Below, piece by piece: positions 12,002-24,500 of a stretch of DNA of 64,000 nucleotides (position 1 is its first letter; every line of letters starts with the position of its first letter). This DNA is from Thalia democratica (lineage: Eukaryota): the NCBI GenBank assembly GCA_965202585.1, contig OZ241827.1, positions 58,094,001 through 58,158,000 on the forward strand. Direction: 5' to 3'. The notes under the pieces were generated by a model that saw only the letters and a list, made by a program, of their open reading frames with translations, ran no database searches and had not been told where the DNA came from. The translations under genes and the position numbers were made by a program.

Positions 12002-15000
12002 TTATAAAAATAAATACAAATAACAACAATCGTAAACGGTTGTTAAATTACTACACTTCTGTAAACTTATATAAAAATTTAACTACTAAATTTTTACTAT
12101 AGAAAATTGTTCTATAAGTATGTATGCCTTGTGTTTCAAAATTTTCAAAAAATGGTCTTTAATTTGAAAAAATATTAAGTTTTTTGTATAGATTATTTTA
12201 TGTCTCACCACTTATGCTAACCAGGTAGTGTAATAGCTAAACTTTTAAACCTTTTTACACTTCTTAAACTTTGTTAGTTTGAATTTTTGTAAGCTTTAAG
12301 ATAAAATTTTAAATAAAACTTATTGATAGGATAAACTCAAGTAAAGAAAAAGCAAATATTTATAATAAAATACCTTTCATAGCATTAAGAGAATATGCTA
12401 AAAATAAACTATTGACATTACTGCTTTAGACATGAAATTGTACAACATTTTTCAGAGACTTACTTTTGAAAATGTTTTCTACAACAATATGGAACACAGA
12501 TTAGTTTTTCACTTATAGTTAATATTTTCTTCGAAAATTATAACCATTAATTTAACCCCATGTAAAAATTTTCCCCTAAAGTTATATTCTGAAACTACTG
12601 TTTCCATTATCAAAATTTTATTTTTAACTTAATATGTGTTATAATAGAAACTTTTATCAATACTAACCTTAAAAATATTATTAAATTTGTTTAGAGCGCA
12701 AACATGGTATACTAAAAATACAGGACGACGAATACCTACTGTTGTTTAGGTGTATCAATATTGAAATTTTCAATAATTGATTTAATATACTTTATAGTCA
12801 CTTTAAGGTTTAAACCTCAAAAATTTTTAGCGCTTTCAAATTTTAGACACAAGGGAACCCTTTTTTTTTATTTGTTTCATCATTTTCTAAACAATACTTA
12901 ATCAAAATACTTTAGTTTTACAATTCGTTAGTAGGTTTCAAATGTTAAGAATACTTTCTATAGAAATGTTTATACTAAGTTAAGATAACTTTTGAAAATT
13001 AAACCTAACAAACAGGTATATAACCAGTTATAACTTAGTTTAAACTATGATTCTTAAAGTATTTTACAAGAACAAACTTATTTCATATTTTTAATTTCTT
13101 GTATAAACCCATTTAAAAAAAATAATTTTATAATGTTATGATTAAAAATTTCCTTCATACTTTTATAATAGCTATATAATTTCAAATAAACTTTATTCTG
13201 TTATCAAACTTAAGGACATATAATGGTTTGTATAGAAATAGCGCAGCACTGATAACATTACAAATTTTCACAAATTACCTAATCGCTGAAAATTAAATGA
13301 ATTATTAATCATAAACTTAAGCTTATTTTAAGATTCAAACATTATCATCTAAATTAATAAAAAAAAGGTAGGAATAACAGTTTGTGTAAATGTATATAGG
13401 TTGTAAATTATATGAATTTGTGTCAATGTTATAAATAAAGTATAAAATTCATAGTTTTAAAAAAACTGAATTATTCTTAAAACAAAAATTTTAACAAAAT
13501 TTTGTTGTCTTTGATAACAAATAAATATTTACTAAACAAACATTTCAAAATAGTTTAGTTTTTCCATTAGTTACTTCGTATATAACAAATAAGCAACATT
13601 ATCGTTCAAAAGAGTGTTAATGAAATGAAAAAAACTATAAAATAAGTTTCAAAAACTTTTTTCTCAATACAGGTAGACCAGTTTAAATTATTTAACTAAA
13701 TGTGAGTTTCAATAGTGTGTGATAGAAAATACCCCAAACTAGCTCTCAACTAGCTAATTCAAACGTATAATCAAGAACAACTTGTTTGTCTTTGAATGTA
13801 AATATTGTTTGGACTTACTAAAGATTTCATATACCTTTATACACATAAAATTAAGTAGTTGTTTTCACTGATATAAAACTTTTCATACTGGTTTTGTATA
13901 TTATTTAATTTGTTTAACTCAATATTATAACTAAACTTCAAGGATGATATTTAAATACACTTTTAATAAATTGTTATCCGTTTAATTAATCAGGGGGCAA
14001 AATCGTTTGAGAACCAGACGAAACGGCGATTAGTAGATAAATTTGAAAAAGCTGTACTAAATGTACAATGCAGTAAAATATTTTACTAGAAATACTTTAA
14101 AAGTACAAAGCAAAACAGCATACACTTTATCAATGGTGAACAACATCCTTATTTTAAACAATTAACAATGAAATCCTTCCTACTTATGGTGTTTTATTAA
14201 GAAACAAAAACATACGTTTATGTGTTTACACAAGTGTTTATGTACGAATCAACTGTGGGGGATGTTGTTTTTATTTGTACCAACGCGTAGCTTTTTGAAC
14301 TACATTTTATCAATTTATAATATTTTCATTTTACAAAAAGTTTAGTTTTGCTGTTTTCAAAACCGATGAAAATGTTTTAAGTAAATAATTAGTGACATTT
14401 TTTATAAATCTCTTTATGGAAGTACTTTAATCTAAATCATTATTTTAGAAAAAAACTATTTAGTTTTTATAATTTATACGTTTATGCATTTCACTAACTA
14501 AAAATATATTTTGATTTATGAGCAGCAAAACTTTGTTTTTTTATTTGCTAATATTTAAGATGACATGTTCGAATATTTCAAACCTACATAATACAAATAT
14601 TCTATAAGATAAATAGATTTACATACAAATATGTTTACTTTTTTTTTAAATTCGATTTTAAGTACTTAACTTATATATACAAATTGTTAAATTAAAATAA
14701 GCGTAATTAATAATTATAATTTAGAAGTCCTTTAAACGTTTTTCTAAGTAATTCTTGTGATAAAAGTTGAAAAAAAATCTAACCATAGATTCACTATCAA
14801 GGTACAAAAAAAACTTTAATTTTTATACAATTTTATAAAATAAATGTATAATCTTAATTTGTACCAAAATTAGAGCTAGTTTAATCAGTGTATTAAAAAA
14901 ATCGAAAGTTACACTGTATATTTCAGTTCTGTTTGAAAAGTAAAAATTAGAGCGACGGCCCGCGAGTACTTTTATTTTAGAAATTCGGAACGAGACCACC

Positions 15001-18000
15001 AAATGCCTACCGGTCCCTGACTTTCTGTTTATTGAGTTAATTTTTAGTAAAACTATTCACTGAGCTTATTACTAATAGCAGAAGCATTCAATAAACAAAA
15101 GTATTTCATGATTCTAAGAACTTTTGTCGACATTTTATTCTTTCACTCTATTTTTACACCATCAGTTCATCCAACGATGACGTAAACGAGGTTTATTACT
15201 TTGTAACAAACGAAACGATTTCAAGCAGCTTTTACTTGAGTCATCTTAAAAAGCTGTAAATATTCCACGAAATATTATCTACACATAACTTTAACAGATA
15301 TATTTATGATCAGTGCGTTTTACTTTATTTTATCAAGTTCACAATTATTCCAAAACTGCAACAATGTTTATTATATTGATTATCTAAAATGAAAATATTT
15401 ACCTTTTAAATCAAGTCAAATTGATTTAAAAACCTTTTTTATTTTACGAAATTAACTATTTCTAAAAATTTATGTAGAAATTTATTTTTAAACGTACAAG
15501 AGTGTTTATTAATTAGAAGCAACTCAAAGAATTGAATTTAAAAATTTTAACTACTGATATCTGCATAAACACAAATGAAAAAAAATTAAGTATGTTTGAG
15601 GTTACGTCTAATATGAATTAAGACTAAAAATAAACTACTTTTGCTCATTATTATTGTGATTTATACTTTGAATAAGAACTCCGAGTTCTTTGAAGTATGA
15701 CTTCATAACCAAAATGTTTTTTCGTACACCGGGTCTTTAGACAAAACTTTTTGAGCGCTTTTTTGTCGTAAACCATTAAAAATAGTTAAAGGTGCTTGTA
15801 ATAATATTTTAATAAATTAAACGGTTAAAATCTAATCTAATTCAATACAATAGTTCTTGAAAATAGTATTTTTTCGGCACTGCACAACAAAAGTGCAGAA
15901 CAAATACTTTTTGTATATCTTTGAGAAAACTACAACAAAATTAATTGAGCAGTTATTCAGAATTCTTTATTTATGCAATCCTGGCAATCCTGCTACTCAA
16001 ATTATTTTTTATCAAAAAGCTACCTTAACAAAAAGCTATACAGGATACACCGTTTATAGATTGACAATTAGAGGCTTTTGCGGTTACGACTGACTGAAGA
16101 GACTAGAAATGAAACTCGAGTATCAGTCTACCGAGAGCTTGTAATTTGATGACATAAGTGGTATGACCAATCCTTTACGTTAATTTTATAAAAAAGAATT
16201 AGAAATATACTAAATAAGGTTATTATAAAGTAAGGTTAAGTTTTGATTTTACATTAATCATATTTAAATAATCTAGCTTAAAATTTATACTTATGCTTAA
16301 TAATTTGTTATTTTATTCTGTTTTTTAAACTAATCGATTTTTTCAAATTTTATATAAAATTTTAGTTATACTAAAATAGGTTTTGCATTTGATAAATCAA
16401 CTTATAAAAACTTTGCTAAATTTCGTATTAGTACATGTAATATAACAACAAAGTACTTAAACATACAAAAACAGTTAATTTATTGTGTAAAAATAATAAG
16501 ATTCTACAAAGGAAAAATTATTTAATTAAAAACAAGATGAATTGTCAAAGTTGGAATGCTGAAAGCTAAACAACAATGACAGTACTTGTGTTTTTCAAGT
16601 AATTACCTTTAAAATTCAAGTATTTGTTTTCAAATCAACAAAAAAAGTCTTAAAATAAGATCTCATGTGGTTTATCTTAGTGCAGAAAAACCACCTAAAA
16701 CTTAAAATCTTAAAAATCTTCGTATTTTTTATTTAAATTTTAAATGATATTGTAGTATTGGCAATTTCAATCACAATATATGTATTAACTTTTTTTTAAT
16801 GTTTTATCATTTTGCTTTCAAGGTAGTTTATTAGATTCAAGTCTTAAATTGTTAAGGTTTTAATTACTTTAATGAATAAAATTTTCAGTGTTTGTATACT
16901 TCACAGTTTAAAGAATTTTGGATTATGTCTTAAAAACGACCTTAAGGTACTATTCATTCTATTTTTATTTACTTATTTACTAAATAAAATGTATTGGATA
17001 AACTGAAAATTATTTTTAGATTTTGATTTCTACAACAACTATTTTACTTTTTTCACTACTAATAGTTTATAAATTTAAAATTTAAAAAGAACTTTAAATA
17101 AAAAAAACTATTTAATTTCGTAACAAAAGAAATATGAATAAAAATTTAAAAATTAACTTGTAAAATTGAAGGTTAAATTTTTTGTCTTTTTACTACTATA
17201 TACTTTTCAGCATACTAAAGATTATCTTTATTATCTTTAATAAAAACATAATTTAGTTATAATTCCATCAGCTTTAAAAGCCCACAACTATATTTAGCCA
17301 AAATTGGCCAAAGCAAACCTACTAGATAAGTTATACAACATTTTCACCATTCTAAAACTTTTTGCGACAACAACACCGTACAAATTAAATAAACGCTTTT
17401 GATTTCTATATAAATTATTTTAAGAGCAAGTTATCTGCCTGGCAATAAGAATGCCAAGCATCTTTATTAAGATCATTGTCTTAAACCCTATAATTTTAAG
17501 CCATTTAAAGGCACGAATGTGTGACAAAGATTTCGTACGTTCAACTCACGAGGCGCTTTCCTTATCTTTAGATTAAATCAAACAATTATTCCAGATATTG
17601 CCCGAAATAACGCTGGTAGTGCTGAAAATCACTTTTCTATGAAAACCAAAAAAAATCAGCCGTTTTAGTTGTTTCTGATTTCTCTTAAAGTCGTTGGTTT
17701 CCCTTTGACTATGTGTTTTAAATCAGTGTTTTTTAAACTTATAAATTCGCACGTTTACTTTGGCGTGCAGACACCTAATTAAATTGCTGTAAACATCTTC
17801 AAGTATCATTAAACACATCGAGATTGCTCAAAAAACTTTGTTTGACATTGTTATGACTTTGTTATATAAACTAAAAGCTAAAACCGCTCGTACTTAAGTG
17901 ATCGAGTTCGGATAATTTGCTAGAATAAACAAATTAAATTATGCTGTTTACGTTAGGTTTCGATCATAATTTAATGATTATTATAAAGCACTGACAAATC

Positions 18001-19364
18001 TAAACTATTTTTCACAAGTGCGAATAAAAATTTATCGAACAAGCAAGCCATTGTTGAACGCAAAAACCGCCGTAGATAAAGTTTTACACATAAAATTTAC
18101 AGCTTTCAAATTTATACATAGCTTTTTATCATGCAAATAGATAAACTTAGTGGAATATAGCCTTGTTAAAACGTATCAGAACTATTTACTTAATGGAATA
18201 AAGTTAAATAAATAAAAACGACACATATGTCACTGCTAATTTTATTTGAATTGTGCATACAAGTGGTGTTATAAATTTAATCTTATTTGTCAATATGTGC
18301 TTTTAAAATTCCACACACTTTATTGTGTGAGTGTGAAAGAATTAAATGACCGAAAAGTTCTTATTTGTAAATTTCATATAACCATATTAACTTTTTGAAA
18401 TTAATCAAAAAAGTTTTTTTTTTTTTTTCGTAACACAAAAAATTATATAAATATGAAGAAAACAATAATTTAAAGTAAAATAACAAAGTAATAGTTTGAT
18501 TTAATTACAATTCAAAGTTTCACACATTTAGACTGCTTAGCTTTAAATTATAGGAAAAAAGTCTTTAATTAGAAAACGTTCCAATAACTGTTTTTTCAAT
18601 TAAAAAAGAAAGATTTAACGGTTAAAACGTTTATCCGAAAATTTTATATAACATTTTTATTCTCTAAGATAAATTAAAAAAATATATTGATGCTCATTAG
18701 ACTATCTTACAATAAAATCTTAATAACACAATTAGCTAATTAGCAATTTAATGCTTTTCATAAAAAACAGACTATGCACAAATAAAGTGTCAATTAGCAT
18801 ATATACTGTAGGTTTATATGCTATATATAGGCATGTTACCATTTACAAGTATACTCGTATATAGATAAGTAATTATGTGCATAATAACAAAAGCCTTCTG
18901 TTCTAATAAATAATTTTCAGGTTTGTATCTATAGGCTGTTTTTATATTTTAGTTTATTCAAAGTTCTAAAAAACAATTATTAAACATTCTTAACTAATTT
19001 AAAATAACTCTATCATAAAAAAAAGATTTCTATACTGTAAATAAAAAAAAGTTAAAAAAAAATTCACTTAATAAACAAAAGTTTTTAAGAGCAAAAGTTG
19101 TACAACTTTAAATACCAAACAACTCTAATTGCATTTCTATTTAAATTTTGTCAAAGCTGACTCACACGAAACTTTGCATATTGTGGGAGTTCAGACGTCT
19201 GAATATGAAACTGTAGAAGGTCGTTACGAGCTGCAAATCAAATCAGAAATTAATTCCTACTAACTTCCGCACCGCCTTCACCAAATTCCTCAGTTTTAAG
19301 CGCATTAGAGGCCTCGTTAGTGCGACTGAGACTCCGATGGTGGCAAAAATAACGGTTTTTGGTC

Positions 19365-19378
19365 GGGGGAAAATCCCC
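19365..19378 (+). promoter_or_regulatory. kappaB/Rel-like site GGGGGAAAATCCCC about 2.1 kb upstream of ATG
   Basis: Partner at 5333-5346 reads GGGGGTTTTTCCCC; the G-run and C-run are retained in both arms. Confidence 0.35.
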
Positions 19379-21533
19379 TTTCATGAGCAGCATGTGCCGC
19401 GATTAAATTCTTGTTGTTTCGACAAACAAACTTTTTTTTTCGCAGGTGTTGCGGCAGTCTGCTATTTTTCGCCATGGTGGTTGCAGAGGTTTCCAGTTTA
19501 TTCAGATGGCGAATAAACGAGGCCATTGTTTCAACTTTCCACGTGCTGAAACATAAATTCCATAAACATGCTGTTGTTGTGAGTCTAATAAATTTTGCGG
19601 AAAGTCGCTAACCCCGATGGCATTTTGAGAGGATTTCAACGGTAATTAGTCGAACAGGCTGGTGATAAGGTCAACTTCATGCCGTCGATTCAGCGAAATA
19701 TCGAACGCGTTACAGACACATTAAAATGATTTTTCCAGTCTGAAATGTTTGATTAATTATTTCGGTGCGTTTTGTAAACCTGGTCTGGAATAGAAACTTT
19801 CTTTTGTTTCGAAATTTGCGTTTTTTCGATCAATACTGCTTTATAAGGAAATAAAATTCAATTGTGTCTGTTGAAATCTTAAAAGCGTGCTAATTATTTT
19901 AATCATTTAAGCAATGAGGAAGTAAAAAATAAGTATAAAGTTTCAAGTTTTGAGTAAAATTTCTTTGTTTGTTTATTACAATCATTATTAAACAAGCAGA
20001 CATGAAAATGCTTTTAAACCAAAACTGATTGTTCAATTAAAGCAGATTAAAAAAAATTGCATTTTATTTTTAGCAGTGCGTATATGTTCTTTCAATTAAA
20101 GCAATTAATTCAAAGTATTAATTTTACTAGCAATGTCAACTCGAAACTGCTTTATTTTTTTTAAGCTATTGGGCTTTGAAGTCAATATTTAGTTATAGTA
20201 ATTCTCTAAACAGCGTTTTATAGTTCAAGTTTTGTGAGTTTAAACGTGTATTGTACTTTTAAAAGAATTCATAGATCAAAAATTGGAATAGAGCAATAAA
20301 CAACTTTTTTTATTCAATGTTTGTGACATTTTTTCAGTACTTGTTTAGCCAAAAACAAAACGATAATTTTCTGAAACGAAAGTCAATCTCTGTTATTTGT
20401 TTTTAATACGTAAAGATACAGCGATAGAAAAACAATTTGACTTTTTTTTTTACAGTCAACTTCAAAGGTACAAAAGCCGCAATAAAACAAAGTGGTCACG
20501 ACAAAAAAAAAGCAACCAGCAATTAATTAGCAACGAAAGAAAAACATTTTTCGCTAAATATTTATTAAACACACTGAGCTTCGGTCAGCTCAAATTTAAA
20601 ACGAGAGAACGCTGCTCGGCGTAAAAACAAAATGAGAGAAATTTTCAAACAAAGTAAAAGAAACGCTCTTAGCAGCTCGAGATGTTATTAAGGCATCCGT
20701 ATAGCGCGTAGCAGTAGTAATAGTGCGTTTATACTTTGTACTTTAATGAAACGAGCGCTTAATTGCCTGCAATGTATGACAACCTGCAGGCTATTAGTTT
20801 TAATAGAATCTGTTAACGTGTGTGAGCTGTTAAAGAGTCTTTGCTTGAAGTGTTTTTTAAATAGAACACTTTGGTTTTTTATGCAGAACTTTGTTAGATA
20901 TTAAGTTATTAAACAGTTTACTTTAAGATCACGTTTTGAATTGCAGCTAAAAGTTTTAGAGCTTGGTTGCTAACATTTGTTTTGTTTGAAAATCAATAAA
21001 AGTTTCTGCAGACTTACTTTGTGAGTTTATTTACTTACTTTTTGTTTTTAAACTTCTGTAAATTCAACAATGATTTTTTAATAAATTTATTGCTATACTT
21101 TATTTATATGCTAAATAAAAATAAGGATAAATAAATACGGTTCGTGATAACGGTTATGTTTTTCAAGAAACATTTCTTCACACTCTGTTTTTTTTATTTT
21201 AGTTGCAAACATTATTTCAAGGTTTACAATGTAATAAAAACAAATTAAAATATTAATTTTATGTTTTATGACCGCAACACGGGTCACCGCAGTATTTTTT
21301 TATGGACAATAAAATTTTCATCATTGTTTATTAATTGCCTTCGCGTCCCAGATAGCCCGTAATAAACACACTAACTATTAATTTTACAGACGCCGTGTAA
21401 TCATTTAAACTTTTGAAATAAAAGAGATTAACAGCGATCTGAACTGAAAGCTGAAATAATTTGCTGAGAATAAAATTTGTGCAGTAGAAAAACACAAAGA
21501 GAAGAACTGGAAGAATTGAGTTGATAAATTGGA

Positions 21534-21599
21534 ATGACTCGGGTTGCGAGTATTTACACGAAAACACATCACTGCTGCTGTTGCCTCCTCTTGCTGCTG
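21534..21599 (+). CDS. ADAMTSL1/3: Exon 1 coding part, signal peptide [22 protein letters not shown]
   Basis: ATG 21534, 22 codons, strong phase-0 donor GTAAGT at 21600. Joins phase-0 exon 2 to give ...[14 protein letters not shown]|EEF, a signal-peptide-like sequence. No other hydrophobic ATG exon noticed between here and exon 2. Confidence 0.8.
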
Positions 21600-24500
21600 G
21601 TAAGTGCTTCATTACTAATTCACGTGGGACTTTTCCCAAGTTTTATAACAGTAAGTAGCTGAGAGTTTGTGTGCAAGTTTCAGCACAATACGGTTGAAAG
21701 AAAGCACAAATGTTTATTGTTGCTTTTTTACTGAGAATAAACACCAAAATAAAGGTAGCTCATTCAATGCAAAACAAAGCACTGCAGACTTTGTTCAGTG
21801 AGGTTTTTACGGCAGCCAATTTGCTTTCAAAGCCGTCGCAAAAATTTACATTGCACCGTTATTTAACAAAAACATATACAAAAAATAATCACTAATGTGT
21901 ACAGCCGTCTCTAAAACTCTCCGCCAATGTGGAATGACTTATCAAACTTTTCCAGCGTCTATTTTTACCCTTTTGTAACGATTACTTTTGGTAAATATTT
22001 ACATTAAAATTGATTACGCACGTATGCCATAATGTTAAAACTGTACTTTAAATTTATTGATGTGTGGGTTTTTGCGTTTTTTAGACATATGAGACAAAAG
22101 TTTCAACTTAAATTGTTATTTTTAGGCTTCAAAAAAAGAAATGCTTTATAAAATTCATAAACTTATTTTTATAACTTGTAATTTTTAACAACATGTTTTC
22201 TACTTTAAATTCCTGTCTAAATTTATCAGAACAAATTGAATAATTCAGCTTAAAAATAGCTAAAAATTGGAAAAAGGGTTAATTAAAGTCCACACGAATT
22301 GTGTAGCGCTAGATTAATAACATAAAACGAGGCTAAGTCCATCGATTTGCACTAATAAAAGTCACATCTAGCACATAAATATATATACAGCGGCATAACA
22401 TGAGGCGAGCAAGTAGCTTCAAGTTCAACTTTAATCGATTATCTTGCAAGCATTCTTTCGGGCAGGCAGCATTTACACACACATTGAAAAGAGAAAGCAA
22501 AAGTTTTTCTCTGCTGCTGAAAGTTTGCTCGGCGTCGCTTTTGCACGTTTGATCGTTTCACTTTATATGAGGTGGCCACCGCTGCTGTGAGGTGTTTGTT
22601 TAATACTCGACAGCTTTTATCTTGTTTTGAGCTCGAGCGCGATTTGAATTTAGTTAGTTTTTCTGATGGTTATCCTCGTATCACAACGGTAATCCGCTGC
22701 GAACAGTAGCACTTTTGTGTTTATGTAGCTAGCAAGTTAAGCCTTCCTATCAGAGCGCGGCCCTCAATAAAAATATTCGGCGTCGCCTTGCACCCTGGCT
22801 GACCTCTGGTCCTCAAGAAACTGTTGCTTTGTGTTTGACGTCCGCTTGCGTTGTCTTTATAGTTTCTCAACACAATCGCCATTCAACACAATTATCTCGT
22901 AATCAAACGTCAGTCTTAGGCACCGGCTACTCGGCGAGATGGCAGAACAAAGAGTCCATTATCTTGTTACTTGACAGGCAGCTCTGCCTGCTTGTTATTG
23001 GTTGCGCAGCTGAGCCTTTTTCATGTGGCCTGTCTGGCTTGTTTCTAATTTCATACAATTGTAGAGATAACTCTGCCTAGTAGCTAGTTTTATTATTTGG
23101 AATCACTTTGCAATGCTAACACTTTTCTGAGAACTTTTCTTTTCAGCTGAGTAAGGAATGTGTTAAAAATGTGTCTATTAATGCTTTTTGAATTGTTTCT
23201 TTATATATTTTGTAAGAGCTTAACTTAAACTATGTTATAGTTTTTGTTAACCTTAACAAAACATTAACAGCTTAATTAACTTTTATCCTTGGAAAAAAAA
23301 ACTTAACACTTGTTGTCCATTAAGAAGTTTATCTAGAATATTTTTGATAATTTAAGAGTATACTTTATTAAACGATAAAAAAGTGCTAAAAAATTTGGTC
23401 CAAGGACTTTGTGTACGAAAAAAAACTTTCGGTTATCGATAAAAGATAAAAGAGTAAGCAGCTACTTTATGTATACATATCTTAAAGTGTGTATGATTTT
23501 TTTAATGAGTAATTTTGATAACCACTAAAATTACTTGAAAGTAACCAAAGTCATTTTAATCACTCTGTTTAACTATTAAGAATATTGTAGAAGCTTAGCC
23601 TAAAGTTAAATTAAGGTTTGTTTTTTACACACATCACTATAAACATTTCTTTACAATAAAAACTATATATAATGACAATATGCTTAAAAGCTTATGCAAG
23701 TACAACTGTTTTGATTGATTTAAGCAAACAAGCTCAATATAAAAACTGTCTTAACCTGTCTCTTGCTTTATTGAAGCGACTGTTGTTTTTTACCTGTAAT
23801 TATTCTCTGAAATCTGCATGTCTAAAGCTTTTCCCGACTTCAATCGCAAACACCAACTTTTGTCGTTTATCTCTTCTGCTTTTGTTTTAATGGGGACTTG
23901 AGCGGGATAAAGATTACGGTGAAATTACATCACAATCCATTCAAATCGCATCACAAATTGCTCTCTAAAGTCTCTCAGACGTCAGCAAATCCCCTGGTCG
24001 CTTGGCAACCAAGCGCTTTGTGTTTGTGCCCTTTACCCTGAAATTATGTAAAACAGTGTCATATTGAGCCCACCGGACAGCTTCTCAGAAAGCTGTGGCC
24101 AGAAATTAAATTCTTGTGCAAACATTATGACGCAACAATTGCTTACTGAGAAGGTGCATGTTAAGCCGTTTAATGTTAAGAGTGGGTCGAAACAAGTGAG
24201 AGCGTTTCTCAATACATTCCGTTCGTTTTTGGTAATTTTTTACTCGCGTTGAACCTCCACACTAAGGTTCAAGAAAGCTCCAAATCCGTCAAAACAGTGA
24301 ACTTAACGGCGAATAATTGATGCTTCTAATCATTAAAATCAAATTATTCAATCTAAAAACTGTATTTCACGTGTTTATGTTTGTGTTAATCTTAAACGAC
24401 TAAGCATGGCAAATTGATTAACGAATTCCAGCAACAGTCGACACAAAAACGTGATCGGAACAAAATAGGAAACGTTTTTGTTTTGTTTCAGCAAAACTCT

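Noticed and set aside
15673-15689. Perfect small hairpin AAGAACTC-C-GAGTTCTT
   Set aside because: An isolated 8-bp stem is expected by chance in 64 kb and has no supporting context.
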